This document shows positions 54,025 to 64,000 of a stretch of DNA of 64,000 nt, piece after piece. The notes below the pieces were generated by a model, which was not told the origin of the DNA, did not search any database, and saw nothing but the letters and a program-made list of their open reading frames with translations. The stretch lies in assembly GCA_963707985.1 (NCBI GenBank), contig CAVPRW010000048.1, forward strand, positions 96,001 through 160,000, read 5' to 3'. A program made the position numbers and the translations under genes. Each line of letters starts with the position of its first letter. Positions within the stretch are counted from its first letter, which is position 1. This DNA comes from an uncultured Nitrospinota bacterium (GTDB taxonomy: Bacteria > Tectomicrobia > Entotheonellia > J063 > CAVPRW01).

Positions 54025-54288
54025 ATGAGACGGTGGTGGATCGGCTGTTGCCTGGGCATGCTGTTATGCTCCTTAAGTGTCAGCTACGCGGGCGAGCGTC
54101 GGCGCGATGGGGACCTGCAGGGATTCCCCTTCTCGTCGGAGCGGTGGGAGGGCTCTCGTGACTGGAGACCCGACCGACGGGAGCGTCGGTGGTTACCTGA
54201 CCGCTTCGTGGTGGACAAGCCCGGCAAGTGTGAGGTGCGCTGCGAGCGGTCCGGGCGGACATATCGCTGCCGCGAGTATCGCTGTTAA
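54025..54288 (+). CDS. Small secreted Arg/Cys-rich protein
   Basis: GAGGAGG RBS, signal peptide and C-terminal CEVRC...CREYRC. Confidence 0.55.
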   Translation: MRRWWIGCCLGMLLCSLSVSYAGERRRDGDLQGFPFSSERWEGSRDWRPDRRERRWLPDRFVVDKPGKCEVRCERSGRTYRCREYRC

Positions 54289-54830
54289 CTGACGTGAGGG
54301 TAGAGGAGGGCACACAGATGTCGCGCGTCCGGTTCGCCGTGGTGGTGCTGACCGCTGTGATGCTGGAAGCCGCAGGCATCGTACAGGCCCTGGATTGCGA
54401 GGCAGTTTCATCGGGCGCGTGCAGTCCGCCTTATAGAGCAGTGTCAAAACCGTCTGCAGAGCAGTGATGGGGTTGTTGCGATGTATCGGCTATTGGCCCA
54501 AAGGCGAGCGGAGGTAGAAGCATCTGAAATTTCAAAAAATGGCAGAAATAAAATTTTGGAACCAGGTTTTCGAGTAATTTTCCCGAATGTGACACCGGCA
54601 GCCAAGCCAGGAACATTGGTTCTGACCGAAGATTGTCAAGTGCGTGCGCCATCGCCCCATGCACACGGTAGTCCTACCACACGCGAGCAGTCAGGAGCCC
54701 TGGCAGTTCAGGAAGTGACCACGGCAGCAATGCGTGTCCAGGCTATCTCGCGCTGCTTCATGGGGGTGCTTCGGGCCGCAGACGCGCCGCTCTCAGAAGA
54801 CACGTCGCGGCCTTACTTGCCCCGCTGTAG

Positions 54831-55865
54831 CTAGCCCACTGCCATGCTATAGACCTGCGTCGCGCCTGCGAGTATGGGATTCGTCTTCCAACTCCCACCC
54901 TGATCACGCGAGTAGAATACTTCCCCACCGCTGGTGGTACAGTATAGGTGGGTGGAGTTGCGTGGATCGATATCTACCGCGAACATCGTGCTCTTGGGCT
55001 TGGCGCCCAGGTCCAGGCGGCTCCAACTCTGGCCGCTGTCCTGGCTGCGGAACAGCGCCCCCTCTTCGCTACGGAACGCTGGCCCCGCGGCGCAGTACAT
55101 CGTGCGGGGGTCGTCCGGAGCCACGAGGATATCACGGCAGTATGTCCCCCGTGGTGACAGCATCTCCAGTTGCACATGCTGCCAATGCTCACCCCGATCG
55201 GGGCTGCGCCACATGCCGATGCGGCTGATGGTGAAGACGGTGCGCGGCTGTGCTCCACTCACCGCGACCCCGTGCATATCCACGGGGTCGTCGTTGACGT
55301 AATAGCCTTCGCTGATGCTCTCCCATTTCTCCCCACCATCCAGGCTACGCAATAAGCCACCCACTTCGACGGCCGCATACATTTCTGTCGGATAGGCGGG
55401 GTCGATGGCAATGCCAAGAATACGCTTGGGGGAGACGACGGGACGCACGGTGACATCGGGGAAGGTCACGTCCATCGGCAGCCGATCCCAGCTTTTGCCG
55501 CCATTGTCGCTGCGATAGATGGCATAGGGTTCATAGCCAGCGAAGATCACGTCGGGATCGCGCGGATGAAACTGCAATGACCAGACCGCCAGGCCTGGTT
55601 TCGGGGCGCTGAGGCGCTCCCAATGGCCGCCATGGTCAGCGCTGCGATAGACGCCGTCCTGGGTGCCGGCCAGGACCACATTCGGCTGCTTGGGATGGAC
55701 GGCGAGCGCGCGGACCTGCGGCTCAGACGGCAAGCCAGCGGTGATCGATTCCCAGGAGCTCTCGCCGGCCAGGCTTCGGTACAGACCAGTACGTACCTCA
55801 CGTCCAGGAACGGTTTCCCCGGCCAAGCCAATATACACGTAGGACTGTGAGCTAGCTGTTGCCAT
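54831..55865 (-). CDS. BNR/Asp-box beta-propeller protein
   Basis: Repeated (Y/F)RSxDxGxxW boxes. Confidence 0.88.
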   Translation of the reverse strand: MATASSQSYVYIGLAGETVPGREVRTGLYRSLAGESSWESITAGLPSEPQVRALAVHPKQPNVVLAGTQDGVYRSADHGGHWERLSAPKPGLAVWSLQFHPRDPDVIFAGYEPYAIYRSDNGGKSWDRLPMDVTFPDVTVRPVVSPKRILGIAIDPAYPTEMYAAVEVGGLLRSLDGGEKWESISEGYYVNDDPVDMHGVAVSGAQPRTVFTISRIGMWRSPDRGEHWQHVQLEMLSPRGTYCRDILVAPDDPRTMYCAAGPAFRSEEGALFRSQDSGQSWSRLDLGAKPKSTMFAVDIDPRNSTHLYCTTSGGEVFYSRDQGGSWKTNPILAGATQVYSMAVG

Positions 55866-56022
55866 GGCTCATTCCTCCATAAATGCCAATAGTCTCTTGA
55901 GCTTAATCGCGCCATGCTGGATCAAGCGGCAATGCTGGTGAACCTGATTGTATCAGAGTGATACGCGCGGCACAAGGCGTCGCACACCTCCCCTGCCGCT
56001 GCGCGGGAGAGCATGCCTCCTC

Positions 56023-56859
56023 CTACGACCCTTCCTTTTTGGCGTTTGGGAAGAACAGCTGCTGGCCGTCGACCCGAAAATCGGCGATCGCTTTCTGCCC
56101 TTGGTCGGAAATCAGCCAATCCGTGAACGCCTGCCCATCGCTCGCTTTCACGTGGGGGTGCTTAGCGGGATTGACCAGAATGACACCGTATTGATTGAAA
56201 AGACGTGGATCTCCTTCGACGGCAATGGTGAGCCTGCCTCTATTCTTGAAGCTGATCCAGGTGCCACGGTCGCTGATGGTATAGGCATCCAAGCCACTAG
56301 AGGTATTCAACGTGGCACCCATCCCTGAGCCGGCCTCGCGGTACCAGGAACCACTGGCCTTCTTGACGTCGATCCCGGCTGCTTCCCAGAGGCTCAATTC
56401 CAGCTTGTGCGTGCCGCTGTCATCGCCGCGCGACACAAACGGCGCTGCCGTGGCGGCGATCCGGGAGAGCGCTGCCACGCTATCCTCTGTGCCCTTGATG
56501 CCTGCAGGGTCGGTCTGCGGTCCGAGCAGCACATAGTCGTTATACATCACGTCGTAGCGCTTCACCCCGAAGCCCTGCGCCACGAATTGCTCTTCTGAAG
56601 GCTGATGATGCACGAACAGGACGTCGGCATCACCGCGCTCAGCGTTTTTGATCGCCTGACCAGTGCCCACGGCGACCACACGCACCTCGATCCCTGTCGC
56701 CTGCTGAAATTTCGGTAGAATAAACCCGAACAACCCGGAATTCTCCGTGGAGGTGGTGGAGGCCACCGTGATAAAGCGTTCGGCTGCCACCGCAGGCATT
56801 GCAACGACCGCCAGCAGCATGAGGACTGCGACAGACACCCTCAGAGGTCGACACCGCAT
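56023..56859 (-). CDS. tupA: Tungstate-binding protein
   Basis: ASTTSTENSGL, VGTGQA, FVSRGDDSGTH and LFNQYGVI. Confidence 0.93.
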   Translation of the reverse strand: MRCRPLRVSVAVLMLLAVVAMPAVAAERFITVASTTSTENSGLFGFILPKFQQATGIEVRVVAVGTGQAIKNAERGDADVLFVHHQPSEEQFVAQGFGVKRYDVMYNDYVLLGPQTDPAGIKGTEDSVAALSRIAATAAPFVSRGDDSGTHKLELSLWEAAGIDVKKASGSWYREAGSGMGATLNTSSGLDAYTISDRGTWISFKNRGRLTIAVEGDPRLFNQYGVILVNPAKHPHVKASDGQAFTDWLISDQGQKAIADFRVDGQQLFFPNAKKEGS

Positions 56860-56884
56860 GAAATCCCCCCTTCTAGCGTTTTCA

Positions 56885-57640
56885 TTACCATACCAGTCGA
56901 CCCTCGAGAAAGGCAGCGGCATCCTTGCTTTTGGGTTGACTGAAAAACTCCGTGGCCTGTGCATGCTCCAGAAGCCGGCCACGATGTAGGAAAAGCACCG
57001 CATCGGCGAGCCGGCGTGCCTGCCCGAGGTCATGGGTCGTCATGATGATCCGCGTCCCGCTCTCGGAGATCTGCGCCAGCAGGGTTTCGACCGCTTTGGT
57101 GGCGGCGGGATCGAGATTGGCGGTGGGCTCATCCAGCAATAGGACGTGGGGCTTGAGCACCCGAGCTCGCGCCAGCGCGAGGCGTTGCTGCTCGCCACCG
57201 GACAGCAGTCGTGCCGATCGCCCACCAAGCTCCGCCAAGCCAGCCTGTTGCAGGGCTTCGTGCACCGCCGTCTGGCGCTGCCGACGCGGCATGCCACGCA
57301 GGCGCAGGGCATAGCTGATGTTGGCTGCCGCGGTGCGCCGCAGCAGTATTGGACGTTGAAACACCATGGCTTGATATCGACGTGCGGCGTGCACATCCAT
57401 GCCATGCCACCGAATCGACCCGCTGGATGGGTGGATGAGCCCATGGCAGAGACGCAGCAGGAGGCTCTTGCCAGCCCCGTTCGGACCCAGCACCATGGTA
57501 TGGGGTCGGGCCTCGATGACACAGGAGATGTGATCGATGAAGTATTGCCCTGCGACCTCAAAACAGACCTCGTGGAGGACCAGAGGAAACATCGCCGGTG
57601 TGGTCTGCTCGAGGCCTACACGATCATTCGATCGCACCAC
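56885..57640 (-). CDS. tupC: Tungstate ABC ATPase
   Basis: GPNGAGKS, LSGGEQQR and LDEPTANLDP; operon context. Confidence 0.9.
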   Translation of the reverse strand: MVRSNDRVGLEQTTPAMFPLVLHEVCFEVAGQYFIDHISCVIEARPHTMVLGPNGAGKSLLLRLCHGLIHPSSGSIRWHGMDVHAARRYQAMVFQRPILLRRTAAANISYALRLRGMPRRQRQTAVHEALQQAGLAELGGRSARLLSGGEQQRLALARARVLKPHVLLLDEPTANLDPAATKAVETLLAQISESGTRIIMTTHDLGQARRLADAVLFLHRGRLLEHAQATEFFSQPKSKDAAAFLEGRLVW

Positions 57641-57648
57641 TTTTCCCT

Positions 57649-58353
57649 TTATCCATAGGAACGCTTGGCCACGTCCCGAATTGCCAAGGCCGCAGCATTC
57701 AGCATGAACGTGAGGAACAGCAAAATGATCCCGAGTCCGAGCGCCAGAGGGAGATCTCCTTTACTCGTCTCGAGGGCGATGGTCGTCGTCATCACGCGGG
57801 TAACATGGTTGATGTTGCCGCCGACGATGATCACCGCTCCCACTTCCGCGCTGGCGCGACCGAATCCGGCCATCATCGCGGTGAGCAGGCTGAAGCGGCC
57901 ATCCCACAAGAGCGTGCCGATCGTCCGCCAAGGCCCAACTCCCAGCGAACGGAGTTGCTCGTCGTATTCTTCATGCAAGTCGGCGATGGTCTGCCGTGTC
58001 AACGCGGCGATGATTGGGGTGACGAGGACACATTGGGCCAGGACCATAGCCGTCGGCGTATATAACAGGCCAAGCTCGCCTAGCGGACCCGCCCGCGACA
58101 GCAGCACATAGAGCGCCAGTCCGACCACCACGGGGGGGAGCCCCATCATCGCATTGAGCAGGGCTCCCACCTGGTTCCGTCCAGGGAACCGGAAGACCGC
58201 TACCGCCGCTCCCAGCGGCAGACCGCACACCGCAGCCAGACTCACGGCCGCTATGCTGACCAGCAACGACAGGGAGACGATCGCCACCAAATCGTGATCC
58301 AAACGGACAATCAGCGCCAGAGCGGTCGCTATAGCAGCGGTGAAATCCTCCAT
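57649..58353 (-). CDS. tupB: Tungstate ABC permease
   Basis: MGLPPVVVGL...AGFGRASAEVGAVIIVGGNI...TRVMTTTIALET. Confidence 0.93.
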   Translation of the reverse strand: MEDFTAAIATALALIVRLDHDLVAIVSLSLLVSIAAVSLAAVCGLPLGAAVAVFRFPGRNQVGALLNAMMGLPPVVVGLALYVLLSRAGPLGELGLLYTPTAMVLAQCVLVTPIIAALTRQTIADLHEEYDEQLRSLGVGPWRTIGTLLWDGRFSLLTAMMAGFGRASAEVGAVIIVGGNINHVTRVMTTTIALETSKGDLPLALGLGIILLFLTFMLNAAALAIRDVAKRSYG

Positions 58354-58659
58354 CGCCTCACTTCCCAAACCAGCCGTTGGAGCAAGTATACACCATGACC
58401 CGCGCGACACAGCAAGGCCTTCACACGGCATTGCCTCTGCCCAAGCATCGTCTTGAATAGGAAAGGACTTGGGCGGGAGTGAAGGCCAGGACTTCGCTGT
58501 AAAGTGCCTAATTATTGCACAGACATGCCTGGTTTTCAAAAGTCCATCTGCAGCAAAACTTCCGCCATATGAAAGTGCCATCATAACCTTGGGCAAACAC
58601 GATGATCAAGTCCCGGGTCTGCTCGAAGAGCTGGCGACGCTAGCGCTGCCAGCCGACTG

Positions 58660-58845
58660 GCTCGTTCCCGGTGGCTTCTTGCGCATACAGCCGTCGATGG
58701 GTCGTGGCCAGCGCGAAGACCAGCAGAGTGAAGACCACATGGATCCGCACGGCGCGTTCATGTTTCTGCGGGGGATGGCCCCAACTCCCACTGCTGCATG
58801 AATCCCTTGATACCGCAGTTCTTTAGGACCCTCTCCCGCTGGTCG
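58660..58845 (-). mobile_element. DDE transposase C-terminal remnant
   Basis: Manual reading across a frameshift: NCGIK..QQWELG(H)PPQKHERAVRIHVVFTLLVFALAT. Confidence 0.5.
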
Positions 58846-58852
58846 CTGTGCC

Positions 58853-59590
58853 GTGCCCTCAACCCTGGTGCATAGCCGGTATCAGCGCCACCTGACGGAC
58901 CTCCCCTGGGGCGCCCTGTCGGTGCGCATTCGACTGACCGTGCGGAAATTCGTGTGCCGTAATGCCGCATGCATCCGCCGCATCTTCACGGAGCGCCTGC
59001 CCGCGCTGGTCGCCGTGTATGCTCGGCGCACCAGGCGGCCGCGGTATATACGGCATGGCGGCCATCCGCGCGGGTGTTGACGCCTTTCGTGCCGTACCTG
59101 ATCCGCTGCTGGTGCGAGAGCAGGGCGGATAGCCTGCAGCTCTGGCGCGAGATTCAGGCCCTGGGGTATGCCCACTCGGCCCGAACCGTGTGCCGCTTCA
59201 TCACCCAGCTACGACGCGCCGCCGAGGCGGGACACCCTCCGGAGTCGCAGGGCTCACCGTATACCCGTCCCCAGGGGCCGTCCGCCCGTGCCGTGTCCTT
59301 TGCCATGGTCTGCCCGGCCGCCAAGCAGTCTCATGAGGCGCAGACGTATGTGACGCAGCTCTGCCAGATGGATGCAGACATCGCGCGCGGCACATGCACG
59401 AGCGCAAGCTGCTCTGGCGATGGTACGGCAGCGCCAGGGCCATGACCTGGAGGCTATGGATAGCCGAGGCGACCCAGAGTGGGATTGAGGCACTCGCTCG
59501 CTTCGCGCGGGGCCTGCAGGACGACCTGGCGGCCGTCACCGCCGGAGCTCACACCTGGCGTGGAGCAACGGCGTTATGGAAAGCTCCATA
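58853..59590 (+). mobile_element. ISL3-family transposase remnant with internal deletions
   Basis: VHSRYQRHLTDLPW...VRKFVC...CIRRIFTERL; LWREIQALGY; FARGLQDDLAAV. Confidence 0.8.
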
Positions 59591-59731
59591 ATCGCTCGGC
59601 TGAAGCTCATGACGCTCCAGATGCTATAGGGCTCGACTTGATGGCTCGGCAAGCGGGGAGGAAAGCGTACGGCCTGGCCCAGCGTCTCTCTCTTCCCTGG
59701 CTTGCCGCTCTTGTTGCGAATGGACAGGGGG

Positions 59732-59760
59732 TTGACTTGCAAGAGTATTGCACGTATAGT
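59732..59760 (+). promoter_or_regulatory. Sigma70 promoter with a Fur/Zur-type palindrome
   Basis: TTGACT-17 nt-TATAGT with TGCAA-GAGTA-TTGCA (59738-59752) in the spacer, upstream of the metal-uptake operon. Confidence 0.75.
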
Positions 59761-59890
59761 CGGGAGCGTGGTCGATTGCATTTTCCATAACCCTCCGTCC
59801 CTATACGATTAAAGGTCTGGTACGACGCAGGTTTTGTATGGCTGGGAAGGTGCCCACCTCTGAGCGCCACGGGCGCGTTCGGGATGGCTC

Positions 59891-60235
59891 ATGACCTCTA
59901 GTTGGAAATCAAGGCGTGGGTTACAAAGACCCTTGCTCCATGCTCCAAGTGGCCGCCGCGCCTCTGTACTGGTCGTGTGCCTATGCCTCGCGCTGCTGTT
60001 CGTGCAGATCAGCCACCCGGTGGTGCACCCGCATGAGACCATCAACGCCCACGCGAAGGACCATCTCACCTGCCCCGTCAGCCACACCGCTGGAGGCCTG
60101 CTGCTCATTCTACCGCTGCCGGGCCCTCCGGCCGCTTTGGTCCTTTGGCTGATTCTTGCCCCGCTCCCATGGTTGGGGCGCCTCGATTTCGACCACCATC
60201 TGGCGCCCCGTCCACCACCAGCTTTCCCCTTGTAA
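59891..60235 (+). CDS. His-rich small membrane protein (DUF2946-like)
   Basis: TM, HPVVHPH...H..CPVSH and C-terminal RPPP. Confidence 0.6.
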   Translation: MTSSWKSRRGLQRPLLHAPSGRRASVLVVCLCLALLFVQISHPVVHPHETINAHAKDHLTCPVSHTAGGLLLILPLPGPPAALVLWLILAPLPWLGRLDFDHHLAPRPPPAFPL

Positions 60236-60346
60236 CAGCCTATCGGAAGACTTCCACCCAATCTTGCTGACGTCATCCTGCACCTGAGTCTTCGCTTAGG
60301 CTGCCGGTAGACTGCTCGCGTTGAGGCTGTGGAAAAGGGGGAACGC

Positions 60347-61700
60347 ATGCGGCATATCACACAGGCTCTTGTTGTCGCCATGGTTTGTTCGGTCTCATCA
60401 CACGTGCTTGCTCAAGGCGCGCCAGGCTCGGCGCGTCGCGGCGGCGGTGTCGCCGCAGGAGCTGCAGCGCGACCTCGAGATCATGAAGAAGCAACTGGAA
60501 GAGATGCAGCAAAAGATCCGCAAGCAAGAGGAAATGATCAAACAGCTGAGCACCCAGCCGACGCCGCCTCCACCAGTGGCAAAGCCCAGCCCGGAGGTCG
60601 AGGAACAGATCCGGCAGAAGGTGCGAGACGATATCATGCGCGAGATCCAGCCCAGCCTCTCCGCGGCAAACCGGACCTTCCCCTCGCTGTTCAACCCGGC
60701 GATCGGCCTGGTCATCGACACGGTGGGCTCATATACGCGGGACGGAGGGAATTTTGAGTTTCGTTCCGCTGAGCTCGGTCTTTCCGCCACGGTTGATCCT
60801 TTTGCGCGGGCCTACGCCTTCATCAACGGCACCCAAGACAACATCGAAGTCGAGGAAGCTGCCATTGTGACGACCTCGTTGCCCTATAACTTCACGGTGA
60901 AGGGAGGGCGGTTCTTCGCAGACTTCGGCCGGCTCGCCCACTTCCATGATCATGAACTGCCGTTCGTGAATCGACCGATCGTGCTTGACCAATACGTCGG
61001 TGGCGAGTCGCAGGCGGACGGTGTCGAGACGAGCTGGCTCGCGCCCATCTCGCAGTACATCAATCTCACCGCGGGCATGTACAACAAAATCGGTGCGGAG
61101 AACGAGCGCGTCAGCAACAGCGTGCCTCGTACCCTGCCGCAGTTCACCTATTTGGGAAAAGCCGCCACCTTTTTCAATCTGGGTGACGCGCATAGCATCG
61201 ACGTCGGCGCCACCCTCGCCTACACGCCGCAGGTGGCGATCGAGAATAGTGCCCAGCGGCAGTTATGGGGACTCGATCTGACCTACCGCTACCTTCCCCC
61301 TGGTGAAGCATCCTACCGCGGCTTGACCTGGGGTACCGAGGTGCTCTACAACACCGAGCGGCGGCCCTTCAATACCATCATTCAGGACGTTGACACCGGA
61401 GAGCTCATCTCCGAAACGACCCTGAAGCGTCGTAACGCCTTCGGCCTCTACAGCTACCTTGAGCCGCGATTGTCGCGCCGCCTCTCGGTTGGATTCGAGT
61501 TCGAATGGGTCGAGGCTCTCGACCCCGGGGTGGTCACGACCACGGCGTTTTCCCCCTACCTCACCCTCTGGGCCTCCGAGTTCCAGCGCATCCGCCTGCA
61601 GTACAGCAATATCGCACAGCCCGGCGGTCACGATAACGCCGGCTTCGTCCAATGGACCGTGGTCCTCGGCAGCCATGTCCACGGCTTCCGCGATCGATAA
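60347..61700 (+). CDS. Metal-regulated outer-membrane beta-barrel, frameshift near 60430
   Basis: Signal peptide in frame 60329; FNPAIG, VEEA, FGRLAHFHDHELPF, SEFQRIRLQY and GSHVHGF. Confidence 0.8.
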
Positions 61701-61711
61701 GGAGTCAATCC

Positions 61712-62644
61712 ATGAGGCGTCTTGTGCTGTTAGGGCTGGCTATGGTGCTCATGTTCCTGGTGCCCTCGGAGGGAGCTGGCGCGACCATACGGGTCGTCAC
61801 CACGATCCCGGACCTGGCGGATATGGCCAGACACATCGGGGGCGACCTGGTGGAGGTGAAGAGTCTCGCCACCGGCGTGGAGGATATCCATGCCGTGCCG
61901 ATGAAACCGAGCTTTATCCCGCTCCTGAACCGCGCTGATGTCGTGGTGTTGATGGGGCTCGAGGCGGAGCATGCCTTCCTGCCGGCGCTGCTGGAGGTGG
62001 CGCGCAACCCGAGAATCCTGCCCAATGGACCGGGCTATATCGACTGCTCGGTCTACATCACGCCGCTGGAAGTGCCGACCCGCATCGACCGTGCGCTGGG
62101 CGATCAGCACCCGATGGGCAACCCGCATTACAACCTTGACCCTGTACGTGGCAAGGACATGGCGCGGGCGATCGCCGACGGCCTGTCGCGCAACTACCCG
62201 GAGTATGCCGCGACCTTCCAGAAGAATCTCGCGGCGTACCTCGCCAGCCTCGACACCGCGATCGCTCGTTGGCAGCGTGAGGCCGCGCCGTTACGCGGCC
62301 TGAAGCTCGTGAGCTACCACCCGGATATGATTTATTTCGCCGAGCGCTTTGGCATGGAAGCGGTCGGCACCATCGAAATCCGCGCCGGCATCGACCCGAC
62401 GCCGGGCCACATCGTCGAGTTAGAGGAGATGATGCGCGCTCAGGGAGTCAAGATCGTCGTGCGCGAGCTGCATTACCCCGCCGGCCTGGCCGCAACCATA
62501 GCGCAACACACGGGGGCGACGCTGGTCGAGTTGCCGGCGATGGTGGGCGGTGTGCCAGAAGCCAAGGATTACTTGAGCTTCATCAACTACAACGTGCAGA
62601 CCATGCTCAAGGCGGCGGCCACGATCAAAGCCGCGCAGAATTGA
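61712..62644 (+). CDS. Zn/Mn ABC substrate-binding protein (ZnuA/TroA family)
   Basis: VVTTIPDL, EDIHAV, HPMGNPHY and YFAERFG. Confidence 0.92.
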   Translation: MRRLVLLGLAMVLMFLVPSEGAGATIRVVTTIPDLADMARHIGGDLVEVKSLATGVEDIHAVPMKPSFIPLLNRADVVVLMGLEAEHAFLPALLEVARNPRILPNGPGYIDCSVYITPLEVPTRIDRALGDQHPMGNPHYNLDPVRGKDMARAIADGLSRNYPEYAATFQKNLAAYLASLDTAIARWQREAAPLRGLKLVSYHPDMIYFAERFGMEAVGTIEIRAGIDPTPGHIVELEEMMRAQGVKIVVRELHYPAGLAATIAQHTGATLVELPAMVGGVPEAKDYLSFINYNVQTMLKAAATIKAAQN

Positions 62645-62646
62645 TC

Positions 62647-63363
62647 ATGCACGAGGCGCATATCAGGCTCCAGGATGTGAGTCTTGGTTACGATGGACGG
62701 GCTGTGCTCGAACATGTGTCATTTGCCATCGAGCGCAGCGAGTTCATGGCTCTCCTAGGTCCGAATGGCGCCGGCAAGACGACGCTCTTGCGCAGCGTGC
62801 TCGGGCTGATGCCGGTGCTGGCGGGGCGAATTGAGTATGGCTTCGACCGGTTCGCCAGCCCCCCGGGGTACGTTCCGCAGGGGGAGAGGCTCAACCCGAT
62901 CTTCCCGTTGACCGTGCTCGATGTCGTGCTGATGGGCACCTATGGTCGATTGGCGCCGCTGCATCCTGTGGGCCGGCAGCAGCGCCAATGCGCCGCCCAC
63001 TGTCTCGATCAGGTGGGGCTCGCCGATCTTGCCAAACGGCCATTTTGGGAACTCTCCGGAGGCCAGAAGCAGCGCGTGCTGATCGCACGGGCGCTCGCAG
63101 GTGAACCAGCCGTTCTCTTGCTCGATGAGCCGACGGCTGGAGTTGACCCGGATGCCGCCGTCTCGATCATGGAGCTCATCGCACAGCTGAACCACGACCG
63201 CGCCCTGACGGTGGTCATGGTCACTCATCAGTTGCAGCTGGTGCGCCGGTTGGCTCACTCGGTCGTCTGGGTCGAGGATGGCCGTGCGCACAAGGGACCA
63301 GCGGCATCCGTGCTGGCGCCGGAGTCGGCGAATCCCTTCCAGGCATTGAGAGGAAGCGAGTGA
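62647..63363 (+). CDS. Zn/Mn ABC ATPase (ZnuC-like)
   Basis: GPNGAGKT, GYVPQ, LSGGQKQR and LDEPTAGVD. Confidence 0.92.
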   Translation: MHEAHIRLQDVSLGYDGRAVLEHVSFAIERSEFMALLGPNGAGKTTLLRSVLGLMPVLAGRIEYGFDRFASPPGYVPQGERLNPIFPLTVLDVVLMGTYGRLAPLHPVGRQQRQCAAHCLDQVGLADLAKRPFWELSGGQKQRVLIARALAGEPAVLLLDEPTAGVDPDAAVSIMELIAQLNHDRALTVVMVTHQLQLVRRLAHSVVWVEDGRAHKGPAASVLAPESANPFQALRGSE

Positions 63364-64000
63364 CGGCGCTGCTCGAGATCCTGAGTCCTGATTTTCTCTT
63401 GCGCCAGGCGCTCATCGGCAGTGTCCTGGTCGGGCTCGTGTGTCCTCTGGTGGGAGTCTACTTCATCTTACGGCGGATGATTTTTCTCGGTGTGGCTCTG
63501 CCGCAGGTTTCGGCGGCAGGGATCGCCTTCGCCGCGCTCGTGCATCAGATCGTCACCAGCCTGTACGCGCACATCGCCCTCAGCGAGCGCTGGCTGGCGA
63601 CGATCGGTTCTATCAGTTTCACGCTCGCCGCGCTCCTGATCTTGGCTGCCTTTGAGCGCCAGCGCGAGACCGTGGAGGCACGGATTGGCATTACCTATGT
63701 TGTGGCTGCAGCGGCAAGTATGCTCTTTCTGGCCACCAATCCCACCGCAGAGGCCCACATGGTGAACCTCCTCAAGGGCGACATCCTCGCCACCACTGGC
63801 CTCAGTCTGACCCTCATGGTGGGGGTCTTTGGCGTCATCGTGCTCGTACTGATAGCGTTCCGGAAAGAGTTTCTGTTGGTCTCATTCGATCGTGATCTGG
63901 CGGTGGTCTTCGGCAAACGTGTTGAGTGGTGGGACATGCTGCTCTACCTCACGATCGGCATCGCGATTGCGCTCGGGGTGATCACTGCTGGCCCCATCGT
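63360..64000 (+). CDS. Zn/Mn ABC permease (ZnuB-like), runs off the window
   Basis: Manual translation from GTG 63360: QALIGSVLVGLVCPLVGVYFILRRMIFLGVALPQ...SFDRDLA. Confidence 0.9.
   Translation, partial: MTALLEILSPDFLLRQALIGSVLVGLVCPLVGVYFILRRMIFLGVALPQVSAAGIAFAALVHQIVTSLYAHIALSERWLATIGSISFTLAALLILAAFERQRETVEARIGITYVVAAAASMLFLATNPTAEAHMVNLLKGDILATTGLSLTLMVGVFGVIVLVLIAFRKEFLLVSFDRDLAVVFGKRVEWWDMLLYLTIGIAIALGVITAGPI

Noticed and set aside
54438..54600. Possible MITE with CAGTGTCA...TGACACCG ends and an AT-rich interior
   Set aside because: The inverted repeat is short and imperfect, and there is no second copy in the window

Overview
GC-rich bacterial window. The gene content resembles Tectomicrobia/Entotheonella-like or deltaproteobacterial genomes (an impression only, not tested). 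Isolated 1-nt frameshifts in otherwise intact housekeeping genes suggest an imperfect long-read or metagenome assembly. Core blocks: P450, TPP enzyme, LLM oxidoreductase and SBP (0.2-6 kb); ttuB-ttuA-trmI-TPR-mlaEFD (12-18.4 kb); YddA-like ABC transporter; MFS and an ACP-adenylation-acyltransferase; tupBCA; and a Zur/Fur-type metal-uptake operon at the right end. A cluster of decaying toxin-antitoxin (TA) genes and IS remnants lies at 7.9-11.9 kb. The centre (22-46 kb) is a defence and mobility hotspot with three parts. (1) An integrase-less integron cassette array (about 12 attC-like sites, 23.4-36.85 kb) carries four TA modules, four nuclease-type cassettes, a 772-aa permuted papain-like protein and tiny ORF-less cassettes. 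(2) Two near-identical ORF-less group II introns with non-canonical ends (UCGCG...GC) sit in sense orientation at the same nucleotide of two different attC sites. (3) A converging, decaying operon reads MTase - ImmA/IrrE protease - NurA - HerA - cas4/cas1 - cas2 - [TA plus a stray integron cassette] - cas1' - cas2 - cas3' (type I-G-like). It is joined to the array through a 110-bp IS6-type MITE that is also present at 11.3 kb. No CRISPR array and no intI were seen in the window.
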